The notes under the pieces: model-generated | What the model was told of the DNA's origin: nothing | Database searches by the model: none | Seen by the model: only the letters and a program-made list of their open reading frames with translations | In this document: positions 1 to 9,272 of the stretch, one piece after another | How the letters are laid out: every line of letters starts with the position of its first letter | Numbering within the stretch: the first letter of the stretch is position 1 | Program-made: the position numbers and the translations under genes | Assembly: GCA_964442535.1 (NCBI GenBank) | Contig: CAYTZL010000001.1 | Location: 1 to 62,656, forward strand | Source of the DNA: an uncultured Candidatus Saccharibacteria bacterium | GTDB lineage: Bacteria > Patescibacteriota > Saccharimonadia > Saccharimonadales > Saccharimonadaceae | Reading direction: 5' to 3' | Length of the DNA stretch: 62,656 bases

Positions 1-20
1 CCGCCCCGCACAAAGAATAA
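1..20 (-). repeat. Variable FISUMP/CLec cassette 1, 5' constant end only (runs off window start)
   Basis: Reverse complement is TTATTCTTTGTGCGGGGCGG, the invariant 5' end of the other cassettes. Confidence 0.8.
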
Positions 21-41
21 AAGTTGTGCTATAATAATCTT

Positions 42-137
42 GGGTGAGCGGCGACGTTGACTTTTCTTATATACTGGCGTAAAATGGGTGTATAAGAATA
101 TTTGAGTTAGCGTTTCTTGATAGAGACGCTAATTTTT
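42..137 (+). ncRNA. Candidate antisense sRNA overlapping the 3' end of the small-peptide gene
   Basis: TGcTATAAT at 27-35; hairpin TTAGCGTTTC-TTGATA-GAGACGCTAA followed by a T-run at ~107-137. Confidence 0.35.
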
Positions 138-190
138 ACTGTGCGTTCTAGACGTAAACGTCCGAGACATATAGCTACAACTATCGTCAT
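107..190 (-). CDS. 27-aa small peptide MTIVVAICLGRLRLERTVKISVSIKKR (candidate type I toxin-like)
   Basis: ATG at 190 with GGAGG at 195-199; hydrophobic N-terminus and basic C-terminus; a homologous copy starts at 14875. Confidence 0.45.
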   Translation of the reverse strand: MTIVVAICLGRLRLERTVKISVSIKKR

Positions 191-347
191 ACAGCCTCCA
201 TTTCTCCCACTCCCGATAAACTGATTAGATCAAGAGGTCGTCGCCCACCTACTCCCAGTAGTAGCACAAAATAAAAATTTTTAGCAAGCGCTAGCACGAT
301 GTTTTGACAAAAAAGGTTTTTATGGGAAAATATATAGATGCGTACCT

Positions 348-578
348 CTTATTCTTTGTGCGGGGCGGCCGCATAGATCCCAGCAATCAGCAGCTCAACC
401 TCGCTGGCTTGTACGGCTACTATTGGGCCTCCCGAGCCCACTCTAATATTAACAGTACCTATATCCTCAATTTCAATACCGGTGTCAATCCTTCCCTCTA
501 CGGCGGTCGTTTCAGTGGTTTTTCCCTTCGCTGCCTAATCCCTACCTCCTAGTCCTAAGCTAGGGAGGAAGGAGAGAA
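348..578 (+). repeat. Variable FISUMP/CLec cassette 2 (5'-truncated, DGR VR-like)
   Basis: Encodes LFFVRGG..YYWASRA..SLRCLIPTS* (stop 550-552) plus tail TCCTAAGCTAGGGAGGAAGGAGAGAA. Confidence 0.9.
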
Positions 579-619
579 AAACCGGCCAAAACAAACCGCC
601 CCGCCCGGCAAGCAGAACG

Positions 620-779
620 TGATTCGGAGCTAGAATTTCCTAGATTGGTGACTTTCTCCAACAAAACCCGGAATTCGAGAATAGAATTGAACTAGTTTGC
701 ATTCTAGTGAGGGAAGCGCGCCTATTGGGCGAGCGACCGAAACTAGAACTTGCAAAATAGCCAATTCTAACTCGAATTC
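620..779. repeat. Palindromic element family D
   Basis: Core GAGGGAAGCGCGCCTATTGGGCGAGC with inverted arms; near-copy at 25338-25517, fragment at ~13460-13492. Confidence 0.7.
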
Positions 780-1157
780 CTACTCCACCCGCAGTTTCTC
801 TGCCATACTCTCCATCTCCTCCGGCGTCATCTTCAGCGTCCTCTCCCCCGCCCAATTCTCATTCACCGGCAAAAGGTGCACATGCACATGCGGCACATCC
901 GTCCCCACCACCTTAATCATCGTCCTCTCCCCCAGCACCTCATCAAAATGCCTCGCCAGCATCTTCACCGTCGCCATCACCGCATTGTAATACTCATCAT
1001 CCAAATCATAAATCTTATCCACCTCCACCTTTGGCACCACCAACGTATGCCCCGGCGCCTCCGGCTCAATGTCAAGAAACGCAAACGTCTTCTCATCCTC
1101 ATAGATCTTATAGCACGGCAATTCCCCGTTAATTATCTTCATAAACACTGTACTCAT
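780..1157 (-). CDS. HIT family (histidine triad) hydrolase
   Basis: STVFMKII..GELPCYKIYED start, GHTLVVPK, HVHVH triad. Confidence 0.9.
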   Translation of the reverse strand: MSTVFMKIINGELPCYKIYEDEKTFAFLDIEPEAPGHTLVVPKVEVDKIYDLDDEYYNAVMATVKMLARHFDEVLGERTMIKVVGTDVPHVHVHLLPVNENWAGERTLKMTPEEMESMAEKLRVE

Positions 1158-1297
1158 CTTAACTCCTCATTTCTTCATGAACAGTCCAACCCCTATTGAC
1201 TCTTTTCATGAACACTTTACTACTTTTAACTCCCCACACTACTTTTCCCAATTATACCACAAAAATACCCCATATTAAAACCCGCGAAGGGGCTTTC

Positions 1298-1475
1298 TAT
1301 GGATGTGTATTCGTATATCTGACTGTATGAGGGTACTTTGCCTCTTTTCGCAGGGGGTGCGGAGTTACGACGAGCATTAGCGCCACGACCCTGTAACGAC
1401 AGGCGTCGTGGACGCGCCCCAAGAAAAGAGGTAAAGTCCCTCCATACAGACACATAACCACAAATACACACCCAT
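1298..1475. repeat. Palindromic element family B, copy 1
   Basis: Core GCAGGGGGTGCGGAG..GAGCATTAGCGCCACGACCCTGTAACGACAGGCGTCGTGGACGCGCCCC with long inverted arms. Confidence 0.8.
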
Positions 1476-1477
1476 AG

Positions 1478-1505
1478 AAAAGCCCCCGCTTTCGCGGGGG
1501 CTTAA
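1478..1505 (-). terminator. Intrinsic terminator after the SLH gene
   Basis: AAGCCCCCGC-TTTC-GCGGGGGCTT with an A-run on + (U-run on -). Confidence 0.7.
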
Positions 1506-1520
1506 TATCGCCAACTTTAA

Positions 1521-4500
1521 TTAGTTAGCAATAGACAGGAGGTTCTGGAAGATCTGCGCAACCTCAGCCCGAGTGGCCTGACCCTTAGGAGCCAGAGTCG
1601 TACTCGTACGACCCTTAATCACGCCGTTCTCCACTGCCCAACGCATAGCGTTAGTAGCATAGGAACTAACTTCCGTAGCATCAGTGTATCCGTTCAGGTC
1701 CATACCAGCACCCGGCTCACCAACATATCTCCACAGCATAGTAACCAGCTGTTCACGAGAAATGTCTGCAGTCGGATTAGAACCATCGCTCACGCCCTTA
1801 GACATCGCCCATTCGATGCCCTTGGCATACCAGGTGGAACCACCGTTGGTATCCACACCGTCATATCTCGCCAACACCGTCACTACCATCGCCCGAGTCA
1901 TCGGAGCGTTCGGAGAGAATGTAGTAGCGCTTGTACCATTAAACAGATCTCTTGCTGTCGCGAAAGCTACCGCGTTGGTCGCCCAGTGATTAGTCATATC
2001 GGCAAAACTCATACCTCTATCGACCAACTTCACCGTAGCACCATTCGCCACCGTCGCTACAACAGTATTACCTGCCACGATCGAATCCTTCATTACACTA
2101 TAAGTGCCATCCGGATTCTTAACCATCGCTACAGTACCCGCGGTCGCACCGCTAGCCGGAATCGCCACAGTTACGTTGTTTCCGTTCTCTGTCTTCACAG
2201 TCACGGTCTCAGCAGAGCTCTCGCTCTTCGTCACCGCTACCGTGTTCATCGACAGTTTCACGGGATCACCAGCCGCCGCTTCGACCGTTGTCGTCTTCAG
2301 CTCGACCGTTGTCTCGGTCTTGCCGTTCGCGTCAGTATTCACGGTGGTCTTTGTGCCGTCCTTCTGGGTAATTGTCACCACGGAAGAACCGTCAGGATTC
2401 TTTGTCGTCACGGTCACAGCCCCAGTGTTCGGGTCTGTAGTTGTAGTCGTATCAGGCTTCTGCGTCGGAGTACCAGAGTTACCGGAAGATCCGCTATGGC
2501 TACCGCCACCGCCGGTCTTCGTACCAGCCGCCCCACAAATCGGGCAAGTAGCACTGGTCAGAATATCAGCATGGTTGCCGCCATTCTTATCGCAGTCACT
2601 CTGGAACTTTGCCAGCGTGTAATCACAATCAGTGTGCCTACAATCGCCGTTGGTGTCAAAGCTATTCTTGTCATGCGCCGCGAAAGTGTTATTGTGGCCA
2701 GTGCCAACAAATCCGCACTCCTCGCACTTCTGAGTCGTCAGCAGGTTCGCATGCGTCGCAACCAGCGGGCAGCTCTCCTGGAACTGAGTCAGGGTGTAAT
2801 GACAAGTGTCATGCTTGCAGGAACCATCCTCGTTAAAGCTACCCAGATTATGCGCATCGCGCACCTCGGTATGCTTCTCACCCGGCAGTCCGCAAGTCGG
2901 ACAACTATGGGTAGTCAGGATATTCGCATGGTTAGCTGCATCGGGGCAGCCCGGGCAATTCGGATTGCCGCAGACGCCATTGTTCCAATCATGAACATGT
3001 GTTTCCACCATCACGAAAGTCGTCAGGTGGTCAACACCAAACGTAGCGTTACCATTCTCGTCCACCAGCACAATACCGCCGATGCTCTTCAGGGACTTAT
3101 CAGTGTCATCGACATAGTAGACCTTCACACCTTTAGCCCCGTCAGGAGCCTTCATGGTGATCAGAATCTCATTGTCCAGACCAGTAATAGTCGCCTCGGT
3201 ATTACCCTTGCTCAGAGTCACATCGAGCGCCACTGCGTTGTCGACATCGACAACAGCACCCTGGTCGTCCTTGTAAACGTCCTGTCCGCCTTCCTGAGTA
3301 GCAGTCAGCTGATCCTTCAGGTCGGAACTAGTCACATTAGCCAGATCCACTACCACGCTAGCAGTAGTATCACTATCCTGTGCCATCGTTACCGCTTCAA
3401 TCGGCAGTGCCACCGCACCAGCCGTGTTCATCACAACCAGCGTCACCGGCGCACTCACAGAAGTCGTCTGACCTTCGCTGTCTTCAACTTCCACGGTCTG
3501 AGCATCAACCAAAGCCTTCACGGTCGCCGCTGCCAGGGTCAATGTTGCCGCACCGACATCACCAGTAGAATCGGCCATATCAACAACCAAATTCACCGGA
3601 GCCACCGGGCTCACATCATCCCCAGTCCGCGCGTCAGTAATCGCACTTGCTACATCAGTACTCACAGGCTCCGCCTTCACAGTACCATTGTCAACAGATT
3701 TCTCTACTTCCAAAGGCACCGTCACCGGAGCAACATAGGTACCAACCAGACCACACTCGGGGCACTTCTCACCCTTCAGAATAGTCGCATGACTATCACT
3801 CAGGGAACAACCCGGGCAGGTGCCCGCGCCGTCGCACACGCCGTCAGTCCAATGATGAACGTGCTTCGTCCCCACGAAACCACAGGTCTCGCAAGTTTCG
3901 CCAGCTACAATGCTGCTATGATTGCTCGTATTCGGGCAAGCGATACCACAAACCTCGCACACGCCGGACTTATCCTCAGCCCAAGTATGCGGAGTATGCA
4001 GTCTCTGATACTCAACCATCGTAATGGTCACATCGCAACCATCAGCCTTACAGGTCGGCACGCCATTCACCAACTCAAAGTCAGCAAACACATGCGTATA
4101 ACCAGCCGGATGTGCCGGAGTCACAACCTGCGTAGTAGTAACTTCTACCACCTGATACTTAGCGGCGTTACCGTCGCCAGTTTTCAGAACAATTTTACAG
4201 GTATTATTTGTCACCGGCAGCCACAACATTAAGTTGTCCGCAGCAACGTTCCACTCGGGATGCGTAGCATCATCGTAGCCATACTGGCCACCCTGATTGT
4301 CGGCACCTGTCACCAACTTCCAATCAGCAGTCGTCAGACCAGTGATAGGAATAGTCAGGTGATAATTCGGCGTACCAGTCGGCTGACCATCCTGAGGATC
4401 GCCACCGATTGTCTTACCAGGCTCAGAAGTCAGCGTTACCGCCACCTTCACCACGTCGCCTTCGGTTGTCACCACCACCGCGCCAGTACCGTTCTTCACG

Positions 4501-5903
4501 GTGTCTGCTCTCACAGCAGCAGTCCCGACCACAGTCAGCCCGTTATCGAGCTCAACCGGAGCCTTGTAGCCGCACTTCGAGCAAGCATTACCAGTGCCAT
4601 CAGTGTCACACTTTTCCTTCTCAGCCACAACCTTACCGCAGGTATCACAAACGATCTTGTGATATCCAGCGTTGTCAGCCAGAGCAGTCGCAGTCGTATC
4701 GGCATGCGTACAGGCCATTCCGCAATTCTTGCAGACGCCAGTCGTCGCATCCCACTCGGCATGGCTACACTTCATCTTACAAGTTGCGCACACACCGTCC
4801 TTCGCAGTCCAGTCATGCGCACCATAGGCGTTCTTCTGAGCATTGTCGGTTACATCACAACCGTCAGCGGTGCACTCGTGCCAATGATGAGTATCATTAT
4901 TAGCCCAAGCAGCCGTCCAAGTATGCTCATGTTTGTAACCACACACCGAGCAAGCGCCGTTGTCGCCGTTCTTGTCGTGCGCGGCATAGCCGTCCTTATC
5001 CTTATCGGCCAAGTTGCACTCGGTTTTATTACCCTTGCACTCATGCCAATGATGAGTTGCACTTATGGACCAATCAGTGTTCCAATCATGCACATGCCCA
5101 GCGGCCGCAACAGTCAAACCGCAGATGTTGCACGTACCAGGATTCTGAGCTGTCGGATGATTTGCCGTATTGGAGCAAGCCGCTCCGCAAGCAACGCAGA
5201 CGCCATCCTTCGCAGTCCAATCGTGTGTCTCATGCAACGCCTGATATGCCTCCGCAGTGATCTCCTCACCGCAAAGCTTACAGGTGATCTTGCCAGTTTC
5301 GCTATCCTTCTGATAGTCGCTGAACACATGGTCATAACCAGCATAATGCGCAGCATGCTTCGTGGTAACCTGTACCACCTGATACACAGCAGGATTGCTA
5401 TCGGCCTGCTGCAGAACAACCTTACAGCTATTCTCTGCCACCGGCAGCCACAGCATCAGGTTGTCCGCATCGACATTCCAATCCTTGTTGTTCGTATCAT
5501 CGTAGCCATACTGGCCACCCTGATCGCCGCCGGTCACGAGCTCCCACCCAGCAGTCGTCAGACCCGTAATAGGAATAGTCAGGTGATAGTTCGGCGTACC
5601 AGTCGGCTGGCCATCCTGAGGATCGCCACCGATTGTCTCGCCTTCGTTCGGCGTCAGCGTCACAGCCACATTGACCACTTTGTCGTCACCTACCGTTACG
5701 GTAGCACTTCCTGTTCCGCCTTTTACGGTATCAGCCCTGACAGTCGCAGTGCCAACAGCCGTCAGCCCATTGCCGAGATCCGTCGAGGTAGCATTACTGC
5801 CATCATTCCCCGCCGCGAACGCCGGCCCGACAGTGCTCATCATCAGAACGAACACCATCAGAAAAGCCATCAGTTTCCGCAAGTTTCTCTTCGATACGTC
5901 CAT
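1521..5903 (-). CDS. 1460-aa secreted surface protein with duplicated N-terminal domain, Cys/His-rich CxxC repeats and C-terminal S-layer homology (SLH) domains
   Basis: Signal peptide ending AFA; domain L(G/D)NGLT..NLMLWLPV present twice; many CxxCG/HHWHEC motifs; SLH motifs FADMTNHWA..FSPNAPMTRA, ISREQL, LAPKGQATRAE. Confidence 0.85.
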   Translation of the reverse strand: MDVSKRNLRKLMAFLMVFVLMMSTVGPAFAAGNDGSNATSTDLGNGLTAVGTATVRADTVKGGTGSATVTVGDDKVVNVAVTLTPNEGETIGGDPQDGQPTGTPNYHLTIPITGLTTAGWELVTGGDQGGQYGYDDTNNKDWNVDADNLMLWLPVAENSCKVVLQQADSNPAVYQVVQVTTKHAAHYAGYDHVFSDYQKDSETGKITCKLCGEEITAEAYQALHETHDWTAKDGVCVACGAACSNTANHPTAQNPGTCNICGLTVAAAGHVHDWNTDWSISATHHWHECKGNKTECNLADKDKDGYAAHDKNGDNGACSVCGYKHEHTWTAAWANNDTHHWHECTADGCDVTDNAQKNAYGAHDWTAKDGVCATCKMKCSHAEWDATTGVCKNCGMACTHADTTATALADNAGYHKIVCDTCGKVVAEKEKCDTDGTGNACSKCGYKAPVELDNGLTVVGTAAVRADTVKNGTGAVVVTTEGDVVKVAVTLTSEPGKTIGGDPQDGQPTGTPNYHLTIPITGLTTADWKLVTGADNQGGQYGYDDATHPEWNVAADNLMLWLPVTNNTCKIVLKTGDGNAAKYQVVEVTTTQVVTPAHPAGYTHVFADFELVNGVPTCKADGCDVTITMVEYQRLHTPHTWAEDKSGVCEVCGIACPNTSNHSSIVAGETCETCGFVGTKHVHHWTDGVCDGAGTCPGCSLSDSHATILKGEKCPECGLVGTYVAPVTVPLEVEKSVDNGTVKAEPVSTDVASAITDARTGDDVSPVAPVNLVVDMADSTGDVGAATLTLAAATVKALVDAQTVEVEDSEGQTTSVSAPVTLVVMNTAGAVALPIEAVTMAQDSDTTASVVVDLANVTSSDLKDQLTATQEGGQDVYKDDQGAVVDVDNAVALDVTLSKGNTEATITGLDNEILITMKAPDGAKGVKVYYVDDTDKSLKSIGGIVLVDENGNATFGVDHLTTFVMVETHVHDWNNGVCGNPNCPGCPDAANHANILTTHSCPTCGLPGEKHTEVRDAHNLGSFNEDGSCKHDTCHYTLTQFQESCPLVATHANLLTTQKCEECGFVGTGHNNTFAAHDKNSFDTNGDCRHTDCDYTLAKFQSDCDKNGGNHADILTSATCPICGAAGTKTGGGGSHSGSSGNSGTPTQKPDTTTTTDPNTGAVTVTTKNPDGSSVVTITQKDGTKTTVNTDANGKTETTVELKTTTVEAAAGDPVKLSMNTVAVTKSESSAETVTVKTENGNNVTVAIPASGATAGTVAMVKNPDGTYSVMKDSIVAGNTVVATVANGATVKLVDRGMSFADMTNHWATNAVAFATARDLFNGTSATTFSPNAPMTRAMVVTVLARYDGVDTNGGSTWYAKGIEWAMSKGVSDGSNPTADISREQLVTMLWRYVGEPGAGMDLNGYTDATEVSSYATNAMRWAVENGVIKGRTSTTLAPKGQATRAEVAQIFQNLLSIAN

Positions 5904-6190
5904 TTAGAATCACTCCTTTTAAAATTTGTGTTCAAACGGCCCGTTCGAGTTGTCTAACGGTCTTTCACGTACAATAACCTCCTTCTTTTTAAAGTACATT
6001 CACAACTCGATTACAAAGTCGTCCGAACAAGCCCTCCCAAGGGCAAAAATATATATCAAGGGCATAATCTTACGCCCAAGATAACATAGTAATCTATCGC
6101 ATTTTACTACAACTTTCCCATTTTGACAACCCCCTTTTTCCATTTTCCAAAAAAACATCATTATATTTTATATATACGAACTCCTTGCTA

Positions 6191-6340
6191 AACTTAATCA
6201 ACAGTGTAAGGGGAACCTAATTACTTTTTGAAGAGGGTACGGAGCTACGGCGAGTATTAGCGCGCGGCACCCGCGACGGCGGGCTGACGCGACGCGCCTC
6301 GAAAAGAGTAATTAGGTTCCCCTTACACTATTTGTTAAGT
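6191..6340. repeat. Palindromic element family B, copy 2
   Basis: Diverged core (GAGTATTAGCGCGCGGCACCCGCGACGGCGGGCTG) between arms AGTGTAAGGGGAACCTAATTACT / AGTAATTAGGTTCCCCTTACACT. Confidence 0.75.
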
Positions 6341-6389
6341 AAAAAAATGGCCACCCATCCGGATGACCATATATAAATATAAACGTTGA

Positions 6390-7535
6390 TTACGTCTGAT
6401 TCCTAGCCGCTTCCGCCGCCGTCCGCACATTAATCGTTACCTTTGTCTTCCCCGCACAAACCGGACAGCCAGCGCCTCGCGTCCGCGAGTAAATCACCGC
6501 CTTCCAGCTATGCCCTTCCGGACACAGCCACCAAACCTTCCGCCGGCTCCCCGACGTCACGTCCTCCGGCGTCAATTTCCCGTTCAGCGTCGGATGCCAC
6601 TGTTCCGCCAGCCGCGGCTCCAGCGTCGCCAGATCGTTAAACCCCAGCCACACCTTTCGCCCCGCACAGTACGGACAGCCCGAACCACTATTCGTCCGCG
6701 CGCCAACCGCCGCCTGATAATCATGCCCCTCCGGACACAACCACCAAACCTTCCGATTACTCGACGGCGACACCGCATCCGGCCGCAGCTGCCCATTTTT
6801 CGTCGGATGCCACTCGGCCGCAATCTCCGGAAAATGACTCTTCAAATCATTCTCCTCTGCAACCACCGCCCGACTCGCACAGACCGGACAACCAGCACCT
6901 CGCGCCCGCGAAGCCACCGCCGACCGCCATTGATGGCCTTTCTCACAACACCACCAAACTCTACGGCGCGACCCCACCGTCACCTCAGTCGGCAGAATGT
7001 CATTTCTCTCTCTGACCCACTCCGCCGCCAGCTCCGGTCTCTTCGTCGCTAAATCGTTCACTCCCGGAACTACCACCCGATTTGCACAAACCGGACAGCC
7101 AGCCCCACCCACACGCGTCTTTATCATTGCCTGCCATTCGTGACCCTTCGCACAACGCCACCACATTCTCCGATGGCTCCCCACCGTCACCTGTGCCGGC
7201 GTCACCGCTCCGTTCTTCGTCGGGTGCCACTCAGCCGCAATCTCCGGCTTCAGCGTCGCCAGGTCATTCTCCCCCGGCCACACCTTTCGCCCCGAGCAGT
7301 ACGGACAACCGCTTCCACTCGTCCGCGAATATACCAGCGCCTTCCACGAATGACCCCTTTCGCAAATCCACCAAAACTTCTGATGCGCCCCAAACGACAC
7401 ATCCTGCGGCCGCCAATTCTTGTTCTTCTCCGTATCCCACGACCTCAGAATTTCCTCTTTCCCGTTCTCCATACAAAATTCATACAAACTCTGCTTCATC
7501 ATACACACTCCTTCAAAATCTCTAGCTTCCGCCAT
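6390..7535 (-). CDS. Zinc-ribbon repeat protein (DUF4379-like); true start probably near 7502 (MMKQSL)
   Basis: Five repeats of (EW)..P..V..GS.R.VWW.C..GH.W.A....R..G.GCP.C. Confidence 0.8.
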   Translation of the reverse strand: MAEARDFEGVCMMKQSLYEFCMENGKEEILRSWDTEKNKNWRPQDVSFGAHQKFWWICERGHSWKALVYSRTSGSGCPYCSGRKVWPGENDLATLKPEIAAEWHPTKNGAVTPAQVTVGSHRRMWWRCAKGHEWQAMIKTRVGGAGCPVCANRVVVPGVNDLATKRPELAAEWVRERNDILPTEVTVGSRRRVWWCCEKGHQWRSAVASRARGAGCPVCASRAVVAEENDLKSHFPEIAAEWHPTKNGQLRPDAVSPSSNRKVWWLCPEGHDYQAAVGARTNSGSGCPYCAGRKVWLGFNDLATLEPRLAEQWHPTLNGKLTPEDVTSGSRRKVWWLCPEGHSWKAVIYSRTRGAGCPVCAGKTKVTINVRTAAEAARNQT

Positions 7536-7834
7536 TTTAGCTTCTCCACTGCTTGATTCTCGACTTCGACCATTTCAATCTCTCCAATTCTTGAAACTTA
7601 CCGAAACTCGTCGACAATCAAGGCTTTCAGCCCGGACACCAATCTTCAAACCGTATCAACGAACTTTTAAAGAACCACCAAAAACCTCCCAACGGAAGTC
7701 CTTTGGCTAGCCCCCATACCCCCATTGTATCACACTTCCCCACTTTTGTCAATATCACACCACAACTCAACCTCCAAGCGCAACATAACCGGCCTCAATT
7801 TCATCCCAATTCCCACCTCAAAATATAAAATCCC

Positions 7835-7938
7835 TTGACATTCCCTTAAAGATTTACTATTATAAAACTACCGAGGGCAGTAATTCTACCCTCAACCTCA
7901 GAGACGCAATCGCACCTAACGCGGCAGCGTCTCTTTTT
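7835..7938 (+). ncRNA. Promoter + ~70-nt hairpin sRNA + terminator, copy 1
   Basis: TTGACA(7835)-17-TATTAT; hairpin GAGGGCAG-TAATT-CTACCCTC; terminator AGAGACGC..GCGTCTCT-TTTT. Confidence 0.55.
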
Positions 7939-7959
7939 CATATTCCCTCACAAAATCCC

Positions 7960-8057
7960 TTGACATTCCCTTAAACATTTACTATCATAAAACTACCGAG
8001 GATAGAAATTCTACCCTCAACCTAGAGAGCGTTACTTCGGGACCGCTCTCATTTTTT
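7960..8057 (+). ncRNA. Promoter + hairpin sRNA + terminator, copy 2 (overlaps the NYN stop codon)
   Basis: TTGACA(7960)-17-TATCAT; tandem near-duplicate of the copy 1 5' part; terminator GAGAGCG..CGCTCTC-ATTTTTT. Confidence 0.55.
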
Positions 8058-8699
8058 ATCTTCCGCCGCAACTAGGTCAATTATGTCACGTATATCTATC
8101 AAATGATACCGAGGCAACTCCCCACGCATAATTCGCAGCCTCACCGACAACGTATTCCTCGCAAAATCCCTCACCGCCGGCGTCGCCAACACCGATACCG
8201 TCACATTCTCGTTCGTCAGCGCATTCTTAATCATCTCCGCATAGTCCCCGTCACAAGATACTAAAATTATATGCGTCGGTTTCTCCACCCTATGCGCCAC
8301 CGCCAACAATTCCGTCGCCAAATACACATCCACATTCGACTTCATTGCCCTCCGCTCTCGCGCAAACTCCGCCACCCACTCATTTCCACACCTCGGACAC
8401 TTCATACCCCTCTTCTCCACCCCAACCGAACTATACGCCTTCCTCTCTAGCGCACAAACTACATACCCTTTCCCCTCCAAAAACTCAAACATCCGCCTTT
8501 TCTTCTCATCCCCCTTCGCAATCCCTTCATAATACCGCACTTCCCTCAAATTCACATACTTTCCCCGCAAATACTCCAACAACCTTACAAAGTCAATCCT
8601 CTTTCCCAAAGTCTTCCCACACGCCAACCGAATATTACTCACATCAATATAAACATACGTCTCCCGCTCCTTCAGCGCCATCGTCCTTGTTTTCATCAT
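8049..8699 (-). CDS. NYN/LabA-DUF88 (PIN-like) ribonuclease-domain protein with inserted CPRC knuckle
   Basis: YVYIDVSNI, KSNVDVYLA, ILVSCDGDY acidic motifs. Confidence 0.8.
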   Translation of the reverse strand: MMKTRTMALKERETYVYIDVSNIRLACGKTLGKRIDFVRLLEYLRGKYVNLREVRYYEGIAKGDEKKRRMFEFLEGKGYVVCALERKAYSSVGVEKRGMKCPRCGNEWVAEFARERRAMKSNVDVYLATELLAVAHRVEKPTHIILVSCDGDYAEMIKNALTNENVTVSVLATPAVRDFARNTLSVRLRIMRGELPRYHLIDIRDIIDLVAAEDKK

Positions 8700-8878
8700 T
8701 CTCCTTCCAAGCCCACCAATTAGTCAACTAAGCTACCGCAACATCTCAACATCCGCCACTCCCCCAGCATAACAAAATTTCTCCCAAAATAACAAGCACA
8801 GGCACAATGTTTTTACAAAAAAGTCCCCCTCAAAATCACATCATTTCTCAAAAACCGCAAACAAACATTTTTCAATCC

Positions 8879-8928
8879 AACTTGTAAACGCTTTACAAGT
8901 TCAACCTCATTTTAACAGAGGTCAAAAA
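8879..8928. promoter_or_regulatory. Palindromic box AACTTGTAAA-CGC-TTTACAAGTT plus ACCTC..GAGGT hairpin (copy 1 of 5)
   Basis: Also at 15064, 23455, 30091 and 31988, always downstream of a FISUMP stop codon. Confidence 0.7.
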
Positions 8929-8981
8929 CACTAAAATTTCCTTTAATTAAACACTTTCGCCCCATTTTTCTGTCTTTCTCG

Positions 8982-9240
8982 CTCTTCCGTCCACCAGACT
9001 AGTCACTCTTCTCCTTCCTCCCTAGCTTAGGACTAGGTGGTAGGGATTAGGCAGCGAAGGGGATAGCCGATGTAGCGAGAGTTGCTATAGGACGGATCGA
9101 CGCTAGTATAGAAGCGGAGGTAGTAGGCGTCGTAAGTATTAGAGCCGGCTCGGGACGACCAGTAGAGGCCCCACTGACCAACGCTCTGCAACGGGCTAGA
9201 ATCGTTAGAGACGACGTTGCCGCCCCGCACAAAGAATAAG
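8982..9240 (-). repeat. Variable FISUMP/CLec cassette 3 with extended tail
   Basis: LFFVRGGNVV..LYWSSRA..PLRCLIPTT* (stop 9033-9035) plus tail ..GAGTGACTAGTCTGGTGGACGGAAGAG. Confidence 0.9.
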
Positions 9241-9272
9241 TATCCTCCCTATTCTATGCTATAATATATACT

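Noticed and set aside
1521-5903. Multiheme cytochrome
   Set aside because: The Cys pairs are CxxCG/CxxCK rather than CxxCH heme-attachment motifs.
1986-5957. Long + strand ORFs (748 aa, 565 aa) and the many other overlapping ORFs such as 17067-18059 and 53633-54205
   Set aside because: They are antisense or alternate-frame shadows of real genes, or of oriC, produced by strong strand skew; the translations are low-complexity with no recognisable motifs.
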